A stretch of DNA of 64,000 nucleotides. Source: Alphaproteobacteria bacterium. GTDB taxonomy: Bacteria; Pseudomonadota; Alphaproteobacteria; RF32; CAG-239. The translations under genes were made by a program, and so were the position numbers. The notes under the pieces were generated by a model. It did not search any database, was not told the DNA's origin, and was given only the letters and a program-made list of their open reading frames with translations. Positions 51,866 to 61,993 of the stretch are shown piece by piece; position 1 is the first letter of the stretch; each line of letters opens with the position of its first letter. The DNA lies in NCBI GenBank assembly GCA_017479985.1, contig JAFVBL010000021.1, forward strand, positions 1,390-65,389, written 5' to 3'.

Positions 51866-52849
51866 TTATTTTATTTTTTTTGCAATCACAAACTGCGCGC
51901 CGATTTTCATAAACTTATCGGTGCGTTGTTTTTTGAGCTTGTCATAGTTGACTGCTGTCAATTCCTGAAGATTCTGTTTGAGGGCCGTGCGCAAATTTTC
52001 AAATGCTTCATTCGGTTTGCGATGCGCCCCGCCGAGCGGTTCCGGCACAATTTCATCAATAATACCGAGTCTTTTCAAATCTTGTGCCGTCAAATGCAAT
52101 GCCTCGGTTGCTTCCTTTGTTTTATCTGCCGAGCGCCACAAAATAGAAGCACACCCCTCCGGCGAAATAACGGAATAAATCGAATGTTCCAACATCAGCA
52201 CCTTATCGGCAACAGCAATGGCGATTGCCCCGCCGGAACCGCCTTCGCCGATAACGGTCGCAACAATCGGTGTTTTAATTTGCAAACATTTTTCAATAGA
52301 CGAAGCGATAGCTTCCGCCTGCCCTCTGGCCTCGGCATCAACCCCCGGATACGCACCGGCCGTATCAACAAAACTCAATACCGGCAGTTTGAATTTTTCT
52401 GCCATATCCATCAGGCGTTGTGCTTTGCGATACCCTTCCGGTTTGGCCATACCGAAATTATATTTAATTCGTGAATCCAAATCGTTACCTTTTTCTTGCC
52501 CGATAATAACAACCGGCATATTTTCAAACGTACCCAACCCGCAAACCATAGCGGCATCGTCACCAAAACGACGATCGCCGGCAAGCGGTACAAAATCCGT
52601 AATCAGATTTTTAATATAATCCAAACAATGCGGCCGGTTCGGGTGACGGGCAATTTGTGCTTTTTGCCACGGAGTCAAATGGTGATAGACGTGCTCCGTA
52701 TGTGTTTGCAGATGTTTTTGCAACTTTTTTATTTCTTTGCTGACATTTATATTTTCATCTCCGGCAATAGATTGTAAATGCGCAATTTTTTCTTCTATTT
52801 CCACAATTATTTTTTCAAAATCCAGAACATTTGTCTCGTTATCACTCAT
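51866..52849 (-). CDS. accA: Acetyl-CoA carboxylase carboxyltransferase subunit alpha
   Basis: GGAYPGVDAEARGQAEAIA and strong AccA conservation. Confidence 0.9.
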   Translation of the reverse strand: MSDNETNVLDFEKIIVEIEEKIAHLQSIAGDENINVSKEIKKLQKHLQTHTEHVYHHLTPWQKAQIARHPNRPHCLDYIKNLITDFVPLAGDRRFGDDAAMVCGLGTFENMPVVIIGQEKGNDLDSRIKYNFGMAKPEGYRKAQRLMDMAEKFKLPVLSFVDTAGAYPGVDAEARGQAEAIASSIEKCLQIKTPIVATVIGEGGSGGAIAIAVADKVLMLEHSIYSVISPEGCASILWRSADKTKEATEALHLTAQDLKRLGIIDEIVPEPLGGAHRKPNEAFENLRTALKQNLQELTAVNYDKLKKQRTDKFMKIGAQFVIAKKIK

Positions 52850-53076
52850 TTTAACCTCTCTTAATTTTTAGGCAGTTTAACACATTTTTCCAAAATGTTT
52901 AGTCTTTTTTTTAAACTGTTAAATCTTATTTTCCATAACCAGTAAAACATTCCGACAAATAATGTAAAAATATGTTTTAAAACACTTCTCGGGACTTGCA
53001 ATTATTGATAAAGTATGATATAAAGCCGTTATCAATTAAGTTACTTACATATTTTTATCAACTAAATCAAAATGTT

Positions 53077-53418
53077 ATGGAGAAAAATTATGATGTAACC
53101 CTTAAGGGTATTGTATGCGAATGGAATGCCGAAGCAGAGAACGAAGTTCTGGTGACTATTGCAGTTTCCTCGGCGACGATGCACAATCAGCACGGTGCAA
53201 CTTGGAACTTTCCGACCCCGCCGCTGGTACCTGTTACAATCAAATCGGCAAGCCCGTTTTCCGAAGATGAACGGCAAGCCCTGTCAACTCTCGGTACCTT
53301 TGTCGAATTACTGGTGACGGGAACTAAAGACCTGAACTGTGTCGGACTTGCAAGTTTTGCCGTACGAGAAGAACGCCGTCTGGAGGACTTTATGGAAGCC
53401 TTGTTGCTTGTATCCTGA
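53077..53418 (+). CDS. Hypothetical protein (113 aa from the ATG)
   Basis: ORF MEKNYDVTLKGIVCEW...; no SD. ORF track lists a longer 52996 start (my own base count in this stretch was off by one, so the coordinate is taken from the track). Confidence 0.35.
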   Translation: MEKNYDVTLKGIVCEWNAEAENEVLVTIAVSSATMHNQHGATWNFPTPPLVPVTIKSASPFSEDERQALSTLGTFVELLVTGTKDLNCVGLASFAVREERRLEDFMEALLLVS

Positions 53419-53508
53419 GAATTCCCGCTGCACGTATTCCGATTTTAAGAGTAAACCCCGCTGATACACGTATCTGCGGGGTTTTGCTTTTTCTGAAAGG
53501 TCTGCTTT

Positions 53509-53955
53509 TTATTCAATCACCAAAATCAAACTGTCTTTAACATCTTTAACTTTCGCGGTTGCACCTTTTTTAAGCGGTTTTTCCGCATACGCAAGCCAGT
53601 ACGTATCCCCAACCTTGACCTTTGTCTGATTATCGACCACATCTTCGGCCACCGTCACAATGCGACCGACATATTGCTGGGCCGAATCATTGAGGTTGCG
53701 ATATTCCTTCGGTGTTTGCATCTTTTTAAAAATAAAGCGATAAGAAAACCAACCGACAACGGCAAATATTACCGAAAACACGGCAAACCAAACAATTTGA
53801 GTTGAAAGTGCAAAATCTGCAAAATACGTCAGTAAACTCATTGCTATACCGGCAAATCCGAACCAAATCAGATACGTCCCCGGCACAACCAACTCCAAGA
53901 TAGAAAGCCCTAAACCCAAAATAAGCCAGTTTGTTGCATCTGTTTCAAATAACAT
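53509..53955 (-). CDS. NfeD-family membrane protein (partner of the SPFH protein)
   Basis: N-terminal TM helices plus a C-terminal OB-like domain; immediately downstream of the band-7 gene. Confidence 0.7.
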   Translation of the reverse strand: MLFETDATNWLILGLGLSILELVVPGTYLIWFGFAGIAMSLLTYFADFALSTQIVWFAVFSVIFAVVGWFSYRFIFKKMQTPKEYRNLNDSAQQYVGRIVTVAEDVVDNQTKVKVGDTYWLAYAEKPLKKGATAKVKDVKDSLILVIE

Positions 53956-53967
53956 TGCGACCTCCGC

Positions 53968-54879
53968 TTATTTTTTTGATTGTTTCAAACTGCTTTTGGC
54001 GACTTCGGCAATACCGGCAATTGTTCCCATAACCTGCGTTGCATCAACCGGCAGCATCAAAAGCTTTTCATTCGGAGAGGTCACAATTCCTTGCAGAGCA
54101 TCAATATATTTCTGCCCCAAAAAATACGAAAGCGCATTTTGATTGCCTTTTTCAATAGCTTCGGATACAAGGCGGGTTGCGGTTGCTTCCGCTTCTGCCG
54201 AACGTTCGCGTGCTTCTGCTTCGCGGAATGCCGCTTCTTTGCTACCTTCCGCCTCCAAAATAACGGCTTGTTTTTCACCTTCGGCTTTCAAAATTTCTGC
54301 CTGACGCAAACCTTCTGCTTCCAAAATATTGGCACGTTTATCACGTTCGGCCTTCATCTGACGAGCCATTGCATCAATCAGGTCCTTCGGCGGCGTAATA
54401 TCTTTAATTTCGACACGTGTTACCTTAACACCCCACGGAATTGTTGCCACATCAACAACATCGAGCAACAACTGATTGATTTTGTTGCGTTGCGACAGCA
54501 GTTCATCAATTTCCATACTGCCGATAACGGTACGAATATTCGTCATCACCAGATTCATAATAGCATAATCGAGATTTTCCACCTGATATGCGGCTTTAAC
54601 TGCATCTTGAATTTGATAAAACAAAACGCCGTTGACTGTAACCATTGCGTTATCTTTGGTAATAACTTCTTGTGAAGCAACTTCCAAAACCTGCTCTTTG
54701 CGGTTGATTTTTGCCCCGATACTTTCAAAAATCGGAATCAATATGTGAAATCCCGGCTTGAGCGAACGTGTATATTTACCGAAATTTTCAACGGTATATT
54801 CATATCCCTGTTGCACAATAACCACATATTTCATTATAATGGCAAAAACCAACACGGTTAAAACGATTGCGACTTCCAT
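53968..54879 (-). CDS. SPFH/band-7 (stomatin-like) protein
   Basis: Single N-terminal TM segment, SPFH domain, coiled-coil (AERDKRANILEAEGLRQAEILKAEGEKQAVILEAEG). ATG (MEVAIV) with AAAGGA SD chosen over the ORF-track TTG start at 54945. Confidence 0.85.
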   Translation of the reverse strand: MEVAIVLTVLVFAIIMKYVVIVQQGYEYTVENFGKYTRSLKPGFHILIPIFESIGAKINRKEQVLEVASQEVITKDNAMVTVNGVLFYQIQDAVKAAYQVENLDYAIMNLVMTNIRTVIGSMEIDELLSQRNKINQLLLDVVDVATIPWGVKVTRVEIKDITPPKDLIDAMARQMKAERDKRANILEAEGLRQAEILKAEGEKQAVILEAEGSKEAAFREAEARERSAEAEATATRLVSEAIEKGNQNALSYFLGQKYIDALQGIVTSPNEKLLMLPVDATQVMGTIAGIAEVAKSSLKQSKK

Positions 54880-55013
54880 TGTTTTTCCTTTCAAATCATT
54901 TTTCCTGAAGTTAAGGTTATACTTTTTAATATAAGAATCAAGCAAAAAATTTAAATAAAGTAAAAAGCCCTGCCGAATTATGACAGAGCTTTTGTCTGTT
55001 TCAAAGAATAAAC

Positions 55014-58000
55014 TTAACGTGACTGTTGCGCACCTTTGGCCAGTTGCTTCAATGAGTATGAAGCGTTTTTCACTTCTCTGGCAACCGATTGACCGTTTTG
55101 CGCTTTAACAATAAAGTCTTTGCCCGTATCACCGTCGGTTATGGCGGTATAAGTCGTTGCCACACCGTTTTCCTTTGTTTTTAATATACCACGCAGTTTA
55201 TCTGCCTTCTGAGAAACAAAATCCTCACCGGCATTCGGATCAACCACCGCTGTCGGCGAAAGCTTTACGCGGCGATAAGTGGCATATTGCACTGCATCTT
55301 CACTTGCCGTCAGCGGTGTTTTCATACTCATCTTTGCACCGTCAACAGTACGATTCACCGTACCGTCTCTATGACGCACCACCTTAAATTTATGTTCAAC
55401 ACCTGCAGCATCAGTCATTTTACCGGTAATATGATAACCTTTTTGATCAATAACCGCTTTGGCTGCAGCCAATTGAGCTTGTGTCGGATTCTGAAGGTCT
55501 GTCACTCCCGCTTTTTGTAATTCACGTTGTAATGCCACCTGATAAGCATAATTTTCAACATCTGCATTCAAATTACCGGTGCGTGGAATTGTGACATTAT
55601 AATCTTGTTTTTTATGTAAAAAGCTGAAAACACCGGATTGTTTTGCACTGCCGGAAGCGTTTGTTGTTTCCGGCATATGCAGTTCTACCGGTTTCTTGGT
55701 TGGGTCCTGAAGGATATTAACACCTTTCGCCGAAGGTAATTCCGCTTTTTGAATCGGTGCGGTCGGAACAGTATTATTACCGCCGTTGCCGCCATTACCT
55801 TGGTTGAGATGAGAGGCACCGCCATTGCCGTGCGGCGTATAACCGTCACGAAGGTTAATTCGGGCACATTCGGCATCAAAACTCTGACGATTGCCGACAA
55901 AATCTTGCAATTCTTTAGCTTGTTCGGACGAGAAATTTGCCGTTTTGAGATAATCCGCCATTACGCGGCTCGGAATAGCACCGTGACTGGCACGCGGCAA
56001 CTTATTCATCGCATCGTCAAGCCCCATTGCTCTGAGTTTTTCTTCCAAAGCCGTCGGTCCCATTTGGGTGGCATACCACATATCCCCTCCCTTATTGAAA
56101 CTGTCTGCCGGCAAGGTTACGGCTGCTCCACCCTCAGTCAATTCGGCACCGTCAACCGGCTGCATCCCCGGTGCATACGGAACTTTGATATCCGGTTGCT
56201 TCGTAATGTCATTCGGTCCCCATTGTCTGTCTTCCATATTTTCGGTAAAAGATTTATTCGGGTCCCAAGGCTTTCCGCCATTTCCGTTATTTCCGCCATT
56301 ACCTGATGCGGCATTTGAGCCGAAACCGAGCATACTTTTGAGGTTTTGTGTTTGTTCGGCAATAAAATTCTGCGCCGTATCAGTCATAAATATACCACCG
56401 ACAGCCGTACTCAAACCGGCAGCAACGGCCTTGCCCTTAGATGCCTTAATCCGATTGATTAAATTCATTGCGGTTTCTCTGTCTTCCGCCGACATATTCG
56501 GCGCCATTGCTTCCAATTTTGCCATTACTTTTTCGTCACCGTTACGAATAAGCCCCGTCAAATTGCTGACGGCTTGTTTTGCCGGAGATTTATTAAACAA
56601 CTTTCCGAAGATTCCTTTAGCAGGAGCCTCTTGTTCAGGCATATACTTTTGCAAAAGAGCCGTAAGGTCTTTTTTTGCCGCCGATGCTTCGTGATTTGCG
56701 TGGAAATACTGCCCCAAACCTGATGCAGCCGTAATGACACCCGTAACTTTATATTTTGCCAACCCCATAACAGTGGTCTGCACGGCAGCCTGTCCCGCAG
56801 CCTGAGCCCCAATTCCTGCCAGACTTCCCAATGCACCGAATGCCAAAGTACCGGATGCTGCCATAGCACCTGTAAACACGGCAGAAGTTGCAAATAATGC
56901 AGTCTGACGCATAAGATTCATAGCCTCTTCGCGGTTATTGTTCAGATATTTGAAAAATCCGCCGATTGAGCCTTTGCCGTCATTTTGTTCTTTATAAGTA
57001 TTATACGATTTTTTAAATGCACCGGCAAGTTTCCAACCCTGTCTTGCCGTAACCCCAATCGGCCCCAAAGCCACAGCCAAACCTGCCGTCCAAGCAATAT
57101 TTTTAGCACCTTCTTTAACCGCCGCCATCAATTTAGGATGTTTTCCGGTCATTTCTTTTTTCTGTTCGGCCGCACGTGCCGGCGTTTGACTCATATTTGT
57201 TTTGCGCGCCAAACGCGAAGCATACATTGCGTTTTTCTCGGTATAGGCGCAATTTGTTGCCTTATAAATATTGGTTACGACATATTTTGTAAATTGCGCG
57301 GCGTGTTCTTTTTTCTTTTCCGGATCCTGTTGAATATTTTTCCAGTCTTCTTCGGAAAGCTTATTTTCCGTCAAATATTGTTTCAGCCATTTATTGCGTT
57401 CTTCTTCCGAAGCCATAACCTGACGAATGGAAGTATTGACGTTACCCAAAAATTGCGCACTGAGCTCTTCTAATTTTTCGTGATAGCGCGCCAATGCTTT
57501 TTGCTGATCTTCATCAGGCGCCTCAATGGAAAGTTGTGTCAATGCCGCCGTACGTAAGATTTCCAATGTTTCTTTGAGGATTTTCGGCTCTTCTTTGGCC
57601 AATGCCCGAATACCGGCATCTTTACCCAATTCGCTCGGAACAGAATATTTTGCCCCGCTTGTCAAATCCGACCACTTATCCTCATTGGCTTTAACTTGTT
57701 CGGCGCTCGGCAATTCACCGTCCAAACCGTTGGTTTTATCGTAATCGGCAAGTTTTTGTTCCAATTCATCGGCGTGTTCATACTGATATCCCTCTATCCC
57801 GCGCGTCAGAATTTCCACATAGTCTTTGACCATCGGCGCATTATCTTCATCAAGATTTGTTTCCGCTAACTCTTTTTGTGCATATTTTTCAATTTCTTTG
57901 ATTTCTGCCTGACGTTTGTTGATTTCTTCGAGATTCGGATTTTCCTGAGCGGCCAGTCCTTCAATTTCACGCGCCAGATTTTCGCGTTTCATAAACAAAT

Positions 58001-58454
58001 CATACGATGTCATACCATCAAATTTCGAGTTCGGCTGTTCTTGTTCCGGTTGAGGCTGTTCTTGCGAAGGAGATTCTTGCTGAGGCTGTTGCGGTTTCGG
58101 CTGTTCTTCACTCACTTTTTCTTGTTCCGTTTTTTCTTGAGAAGTTTTATCTTCAGAAACTTCCCGCGACGGCTCCTCTTGTGCAGGTTGTTCCTGCTGA
58201 GCTGAATCCAATTCACTGCGTTGCGCCAATTTTTCTTTCTGTGCGGCAATTTTAGAAAGAACCGCATCGCGTTGGCTTTTCGGTAAATTTGCACCGGAAA
58301 TATTCAATAATTCTTCTATTTTAGCCAATGAATCCGCATCATAATCATCAATATTTGACTGTGATACGTTAGACAAGAAGTCTGTCGCACTTTGCGCATT
58401 GCTTGCGGCATCTTCCGCTTTTTGCTTAAATTCCTCATTTGTCATATCAGCCAT
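55014..58454 (-). CDS. Very large (1146 aa) hypothetical protein with an E/Q/P-rich N-terminal region, central paired hydrophobic Gly/Ala-rich segments and Gly/Asn-rich stretches; effector-like
   Basis: ATG (MADMTNEEF) with AAGGAG 7 nt upstream. Central hydrophobic hairpin-like segments (AWTAGLAVALGPIGV; LFATSAVFTGAMAASGTLAFGALGSLAGIGAQAAG). No enzymatic motif recognised. Confidence 0.6.
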   Translation of the reverse strand: MADMTNEEFKQKAEDAASNAQSATDFLSNVSQSNIDDYDADSLAKIEELLNISGANLPKSQRDAVLSKIAAQKEKLAQRSELDSAQQEQPAQEEPSREVSEDKTSQEKTEQEKVSEEQPKPQQPQQESPSQEQPQPEQEQPNSKFDGMTSYDLFMKRENLAREIEGLAAQENPNLEEINKRQAEIKEIEKYAQKELAETNLDEDNAPMVKDYVEILTRGIEGYQYEHADELEQKLADYDKTNGLDGELPSAEQVKANEDKWSDLTSGAKYSVPSELGKDAGIRALAKEEPKILKETLEILRTAALTQLSIEAPDEDQQKALARYHEKLEELSAQFLGNVNTSIRQVMASEEERNKWLKQYLTENKLSEEDWKNIQQDPEKKKEHAAQFTKYVVTNIYKATNCAYTEKNAMYASRLARKTNMSQTPARAAEQKKEMTGKHPKLMAAVKEGAKNIAWTAGLAVALGPIGVTARQGWKLAGAFKKSYNTYKEQNDGKGSIGGFFKYLNNNREEAMNLMRQTALFATSAVFTGAMAASGTLAFGALGSLAGIGAQAAGQAAVQTTVMGLAKYKVTGVITAASGLGQYFHANHEASAAKKDLTALLQKYMPEQEAPAKGIFGKLFNKSPAKQAVSNLTGLIRNGDEKVMAKLEAMAPNMSAEDRETAMNLINRIKASKGKAVAAGLSTAVGGIFMTDTAQNFIAEQTQNLKSMLGFGSNAASGNGGNNGNGGKPWDPNKSFTENMEDRQWGPNDITKQPDIKVPYAPGMQPVDGAELTEGGAAVTLPADSFNKGGDMWYATQMGPTALEEKLRAMGLDDAMNKLPRASHGAIPSRVMADYLKTANFSSEQAKELQDFVGNRQSFDAECARINLRDGYTPHGNGGASHLNQGNGGNGGNNTVPTAPIQKAELPSAKGVNILQDPTKKPVELHMPETTNASGSAKQSGVFSFLHKKQDYNVTIPRTGNLNADVENYAYQVALQRELQKAGVTDLQNPTQAQLAAAKAVIDQKGYHITGKMTDAAGVEHKFKVVRHRDGTVNRTVDGAKMSMKTPLTASEDAVQYATYRRVKLSPTAVVDPNAGEDFVSQKADKLRGILKTKENGVATTYTAITDGDTGKDFIVKAQNGQSVAREVKNASYSLKQLAKGAQQSR

Positions 58455-58658
58455 TTTCGTACTCCTTACAGCTTTACTATTTTTGTCAGTATAACGCACT
58501 TTTTTTCAAAATACAAGCAAAAAATGACAAAATTTTGATATTTTTTTGTTAATATTGTCAAATTATAATGTATTCGGTCAATAATCAGTTTTTTTGCTAT
58601 ACTTTCCTATTTTATATGATATAACAGTTTTAGTTTAAGAGAGGTTAACGGAACACAA

Positions 58659-60206
58659 ATGCAAGCATTAACAAAAAAATTTATATGGCTGTCGGTTTTC
58701 AGTTTTGTCGTATGGAGTATCATACCGATGTTGCGGCTATCTCTTTCAATGGATACGCAAGAGGCAATCGTTTGGGGCAAATACTGTCTTTGGGGAACAA
58801 CCAAGCATCCGCCGTTTTCCGGTTGGATTGCATACACGTGGTATATGCTGTTCGGGCAAAATGACAATGTTATGTACGCACTGAGCCAGATTTTTGTGAT
58901 ACTCGGCGTGGTGTATATCTACAAATTGGCACAATGTTTTTTGAATAAAATTCAATCTGTTATGGCTGCGGCATTGCAATTCGGCATTATTTATTACGGA
59001 TTTTCCGCACCGGAATTCAATGTAAATGTGATTTCGGTCGGATTATGGCCGATGTGCGCTTATTACTTTTGGCGCGGTTACACACAAAACCGTTGGCGCG
59101 ATTGGCTGCTGTTCGGTGTCTTGGTCGGACTTAATTTACTCAGCAAATATGTGGGAGCAATGCTACTCATTGCGCTCGGAATTTTTGCAATTTCAGATAG
59201 AAACACAATCAAGTTAATTAAAAACATTAAAATATACGGTGCGATTTTTACCGCTGTTTTGTTGTTGGCACCGCATCTTTGGTGGCTGTGGCAAAACGAT
59301 TTTGAATCGTTTAATTATATCTCATCGCGCAGTCACGGCGGAGATGTAACTTCTGTTTGGAGGCATATAATTTACCCGCTTAAGTTTTTGGGTGCGCAAA
59401 TATTGTTTGCAACGCCGGCACTTTTGACGTTTGTGTATTTTTGGCGGCGCAATCAAGAAAAAACGGAACTGCCCGCACCGCGCCGCCTAAAATTGCTCAA
59501 AGACCTCTTTATCTCCTTTGCTTGCACCCGAAATGATTCATATAATACTCAAAGTGACGCATCTGCAGCCCGTTTTATTTTCTGCACGGCAATCATTCCG
59601 GTGGCGGTATTTGCAACAATATGCCTTATTACCGGCAATGCGGCAAAAAGTATGTGGGGATTTCCGTGTTTATTTATGTGGGGAACGGCATTGTTTTATT
59701 TTCTCCCGCCAAAAGTCGATGAAAACACCGCCGAGCGTTTTCTGAACATAATGTTTGTCTGGGTTGCATTGTTTGCGTTTGCCTACGGTGTTCAATGCGT
59801 GGTAACAACAAGCCAGCGCTACCGCACCGATGTTCGGCAGGTAGCGGCAACTTTAGAGCAAAAATGGCAGCAACATACCGGCAAACCGCTTGAATATGTC
59901 GGTGCCGACGTATGGTTCGGAGACATTATGGCGCTTTATGCTTCGCACGAGATTAAACCTATGATTTGGATGAAACCAAAAAGCAATCCGTGGTTTAATC
60001 AGGCTGATTTCGAACAAAAAGGGGCGCTTCTGATTGCCTCGGAAAAAGGCGAATATGCAAATTATCAAAAAATGTACGGTAACAGAGTTTCCGCACCGCA
60101 AAAAATGATGCTTGAATTTCAAAACTATTTTGGTAAAACTAAAACAAAAGAAATAATATACGGATTTTATGAACCTTGGGAGGTTGAAAATGCCGAAAAA
60201 GAATAA
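58659..60206 (+). CDS. GT-C family glycosyltransferase, ArnT/PMT-like (GT83/GT39)
   Basis: Polytopic membrane protein with an acidic first periplasmic loop motif (SMDTQEAIVWGK) and a C-terminal soluble domain. Confidence 0.75.
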   Translation: MQALTKKFIWLSVFSFVVWSIIPMLRLSLSMDTQEAIVWGKYCLWGTTKHPPFSGWIAYTWYMLFGQNDNVMYALSQIFVILGVVYIYKLAQCFLNKIQSVMAAALQFGIIYYGFSAPEFNVNVISVGLWPMCAYYFWRGYTQNRWRDWLLFGVLVGLNLLSKYVGAMLLIALGIFAISDRNTIKLIKNIKIYGAIFTAVLLLAPHLWWLWQNDFESFNYISSRSHGGDVTSVWRHIIYPLKFLGAQILFATPALLTFVYFWRRNQEKTELPAPRRLKLLKDLFISFACTRNDSYNTQSDASAARFIFCTAIIPVAVFATICLITGNAAKSMWGFPCLFMWGTALFYFLPPKVDENTAERFLNIMFVWVALFAFAYGVQCVVTTSQRYRTDVRQVAATLEQKWQQHTGKPLEYVGADVWFGDIMALYASHEIKPMIWMKPKSNPWFNQADFEQKGALLIASEKGEYANYQKMYGNRVSAPQKMMLEFQNYFGKTKTKEIIYGFYEPWEVENAEKE

Positions 60207-61167
60207 ATTGGTCAGTATTGTAATTTCCGCCTATAACGAACAGAATAACGTGGCGGAATTGCATAAACAACTCGACAGCGCCTTAAAAAAATGTGACAGC
60301 GTTGATTTTGAATATATTTTTGTTGATGACGGCAGCAAGGATAAAACATACGAAAATTGTCTGAAATTACAAAAAAAAGACACACGCGTCAAAATTGTGC
60401 AACTCAAACGTAATTTCGGACACGAAATCGCAATGACTGCCGGTATGGATTATGCCAAAGGTGACGCCGTGATTTTTATGGATGCGGATTTGCAACACCC
60501 GCCGGTTTATATTCCGCAAATGATTGAAGCGTGGCAAAACGGTAAAGAAATTGTATTAACGAAACGGTTGGATAATGCCGCAACATCAAAACTCTATAAA
60601 CTGTGCGCCAAGGCGTTTTATTATGTGCTGAACCTGCTTTCCGATATGCCGATTATGGAAAGTGCGCCTGATTTCCGCCTGCTTGACCGCAAATATGTAA
60701 ATTTTCTGAAAGGATTTAACGAACAGGACAGATTGTTCCGCGGCTTACTCAGCTGGATTATGCCGCAGGATAATGTTGCGATTATCGATTTTAAGGCACC
60801 GGAACGGTTTAGCGGCGAATCAAAATATAATTTTATTAAGTCACTAAAATTAGCAATCAACAGTATTGTTCAATTTTCGGTTATGCCGCTCAGAATTGCC
60901 ACCGGATTGGGAATTGTTGCGGCAATAATGGCTTTGCTGATGGGCGTGTATGTATTCTTTGAACACTTCTTTTTGCATAATCCGACCCCGGGATATGCCA
61001 CGATTATGGTTACGGTGGTATTTTTGGGCGCGGTGCAACTGATTTGCCTCGGTATCATCGGCGAATATATCGGCAAAATTCATATGGAAGTCAAAAAACG
61101 CCCGTTGTATGTGGCTGATTTTATTGAAAAGAAAGCAAATAGGAATGAGTCTGAAAATCATATTTAA
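60190..61167 (+). CDS. Polyprenyl-phosphate hexose(amine) transferase, GT2 (ArnC/GtrB/DPM1-like)
   Basis: VSIVISAYNEQNN, FVDDGSKD, DADLQHPP (DxD), and two C-terminal TM helices. ATG with GGAGG SD; overlaps the upstream gene by 17 nt. Confidence 0.85.
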   Translation: MPKKNKLVSIVISAYNEQNNVAELHKQLDSALKKCDSVDFEYIFVDDGSKDKTYENCLKLQKKDTRVKIVQLKRNFGHEIAMTAGMDYAKGDAVIFMDADLQHPPVYIPQMIEAWQNGKEIVLTKRLDNAATSKLYKLCAKAFYYVLNLLSDMPIMESAPDFRLLDRKYVNFLKGFNEQDRLFRGLLSWIMPQDNVAIIDFKAPERFSGESKYNFIKSLKLAINSIVQFSVMPLRIATGLGIVAAIMALLMGVYVFFEHFFLHNPTPGYATIMVTVVFLGAVQLICLGIIGEYIGKIHMEVKKRPLYVADFIEKKANRNESENHI

Positions 61168-61993
61168 TGCCGATGATTTCGGTATCAGCCGCGGTGTCAA
61201 TGCGGCGATTGTCGAAGCACATACCAAAGGTATTTTGAACAGCACCAGTTTAATGGTCAACCAGCAGTTTGCCGATGAAGCGGTCGCGGCGGCAAAAAAA
61301 ATGCCGGCTTTGGCAGTCGGACTGCATCTGAATCTGACAAATGAAACACCGGCGGCAAATCCGGCGGAAATTCCGCTTTTGGTCGGAACGGACGGAAAAT
61401 TGAAAAACGGTTTTGTAAATTTGCTGCTGCTCTCAATTTTACATCCGAAAGCTTTTGCCGCACAAACAGAAATCGAGGTGCGCGCACAAATGCAAAAGTT
61501 TACGGCAAACGGGCTGAAACCGACGCATATTGACGGACACCGTCACGTACATTTAATTCCCGAAGTATTTAAAATTGTGCGCAAAATACAAGAAGAATAT
61601 AAGATTCCGCGCGTGCGGACAATGAATGAAAATGCGCTTAATACGATTTTGCAGAACCGATCCAAAAGTTGGCTGTTTGACGGCGGCCTCGTCAAATATT
61701 TTATTTTACGCTTTTTAACGTGGTGGAACGGCTATAAATCCGACGTATATTTTTACACGATTTTATTTACTTGCAAAATTTCGCACGAACAATTTCGGAA
61801 TATACGGATTCCGCGCGGGTATAAAGCCGTTGAAATTATGATTCATCCGGGTTACCCTGATATAGACAAACAAATGCCGGATACAATCTGGGACAAGAAT
61901 ATTCTGTCTGATTGGCGCACTGTAGAATTACAAACTTTGCTTCATAAAGAAGTGCTCAACAATATTCACGAGACGGGAGAAAACAATGATTAA
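61145..61993 (+). CDS. YdjC-family carbohydrate deacetylase (NaxD/ChbG-like)
   Basis: LKIIFNADDFGIS N-terminus and DGHRHVH motif typical of the YdjC family. An alternative ATG lies at 61109. Confidence 0.7.
   Translation: MSLKIIFNADDFGISRGVNAAIVEAHTKGILNSTSLMVNQQFADEAVAAAKKMPALAVGLHLNLTNETPAANPAEIPLLVGTDGKLKNGFVNLLLLSILHPKAFAAQTEIEVRAQMQKFTANGLKPTHIDGHRHVHLIPEVFKIVRKIQEEYKIPRVRTMNENALNTILQNRSKSWLFDGGLVKYFILRFLTWWNGYKSDVYFYTILFTCKISHEQFRNIRIPRGYKAVEIMIHPGYPDIDKQMPDTIWDKNILSDWRTVELQTLLHKEVLNNIHETGENND

Noticed and set aside
53980-54675. Plus-strand 231-aa ORF
   Set aside because: Antisense to the SPFH/band-7 gene; Phe/Cys/Asn-rich nonsense typical of the reverse strand of an AT-moderate gene.
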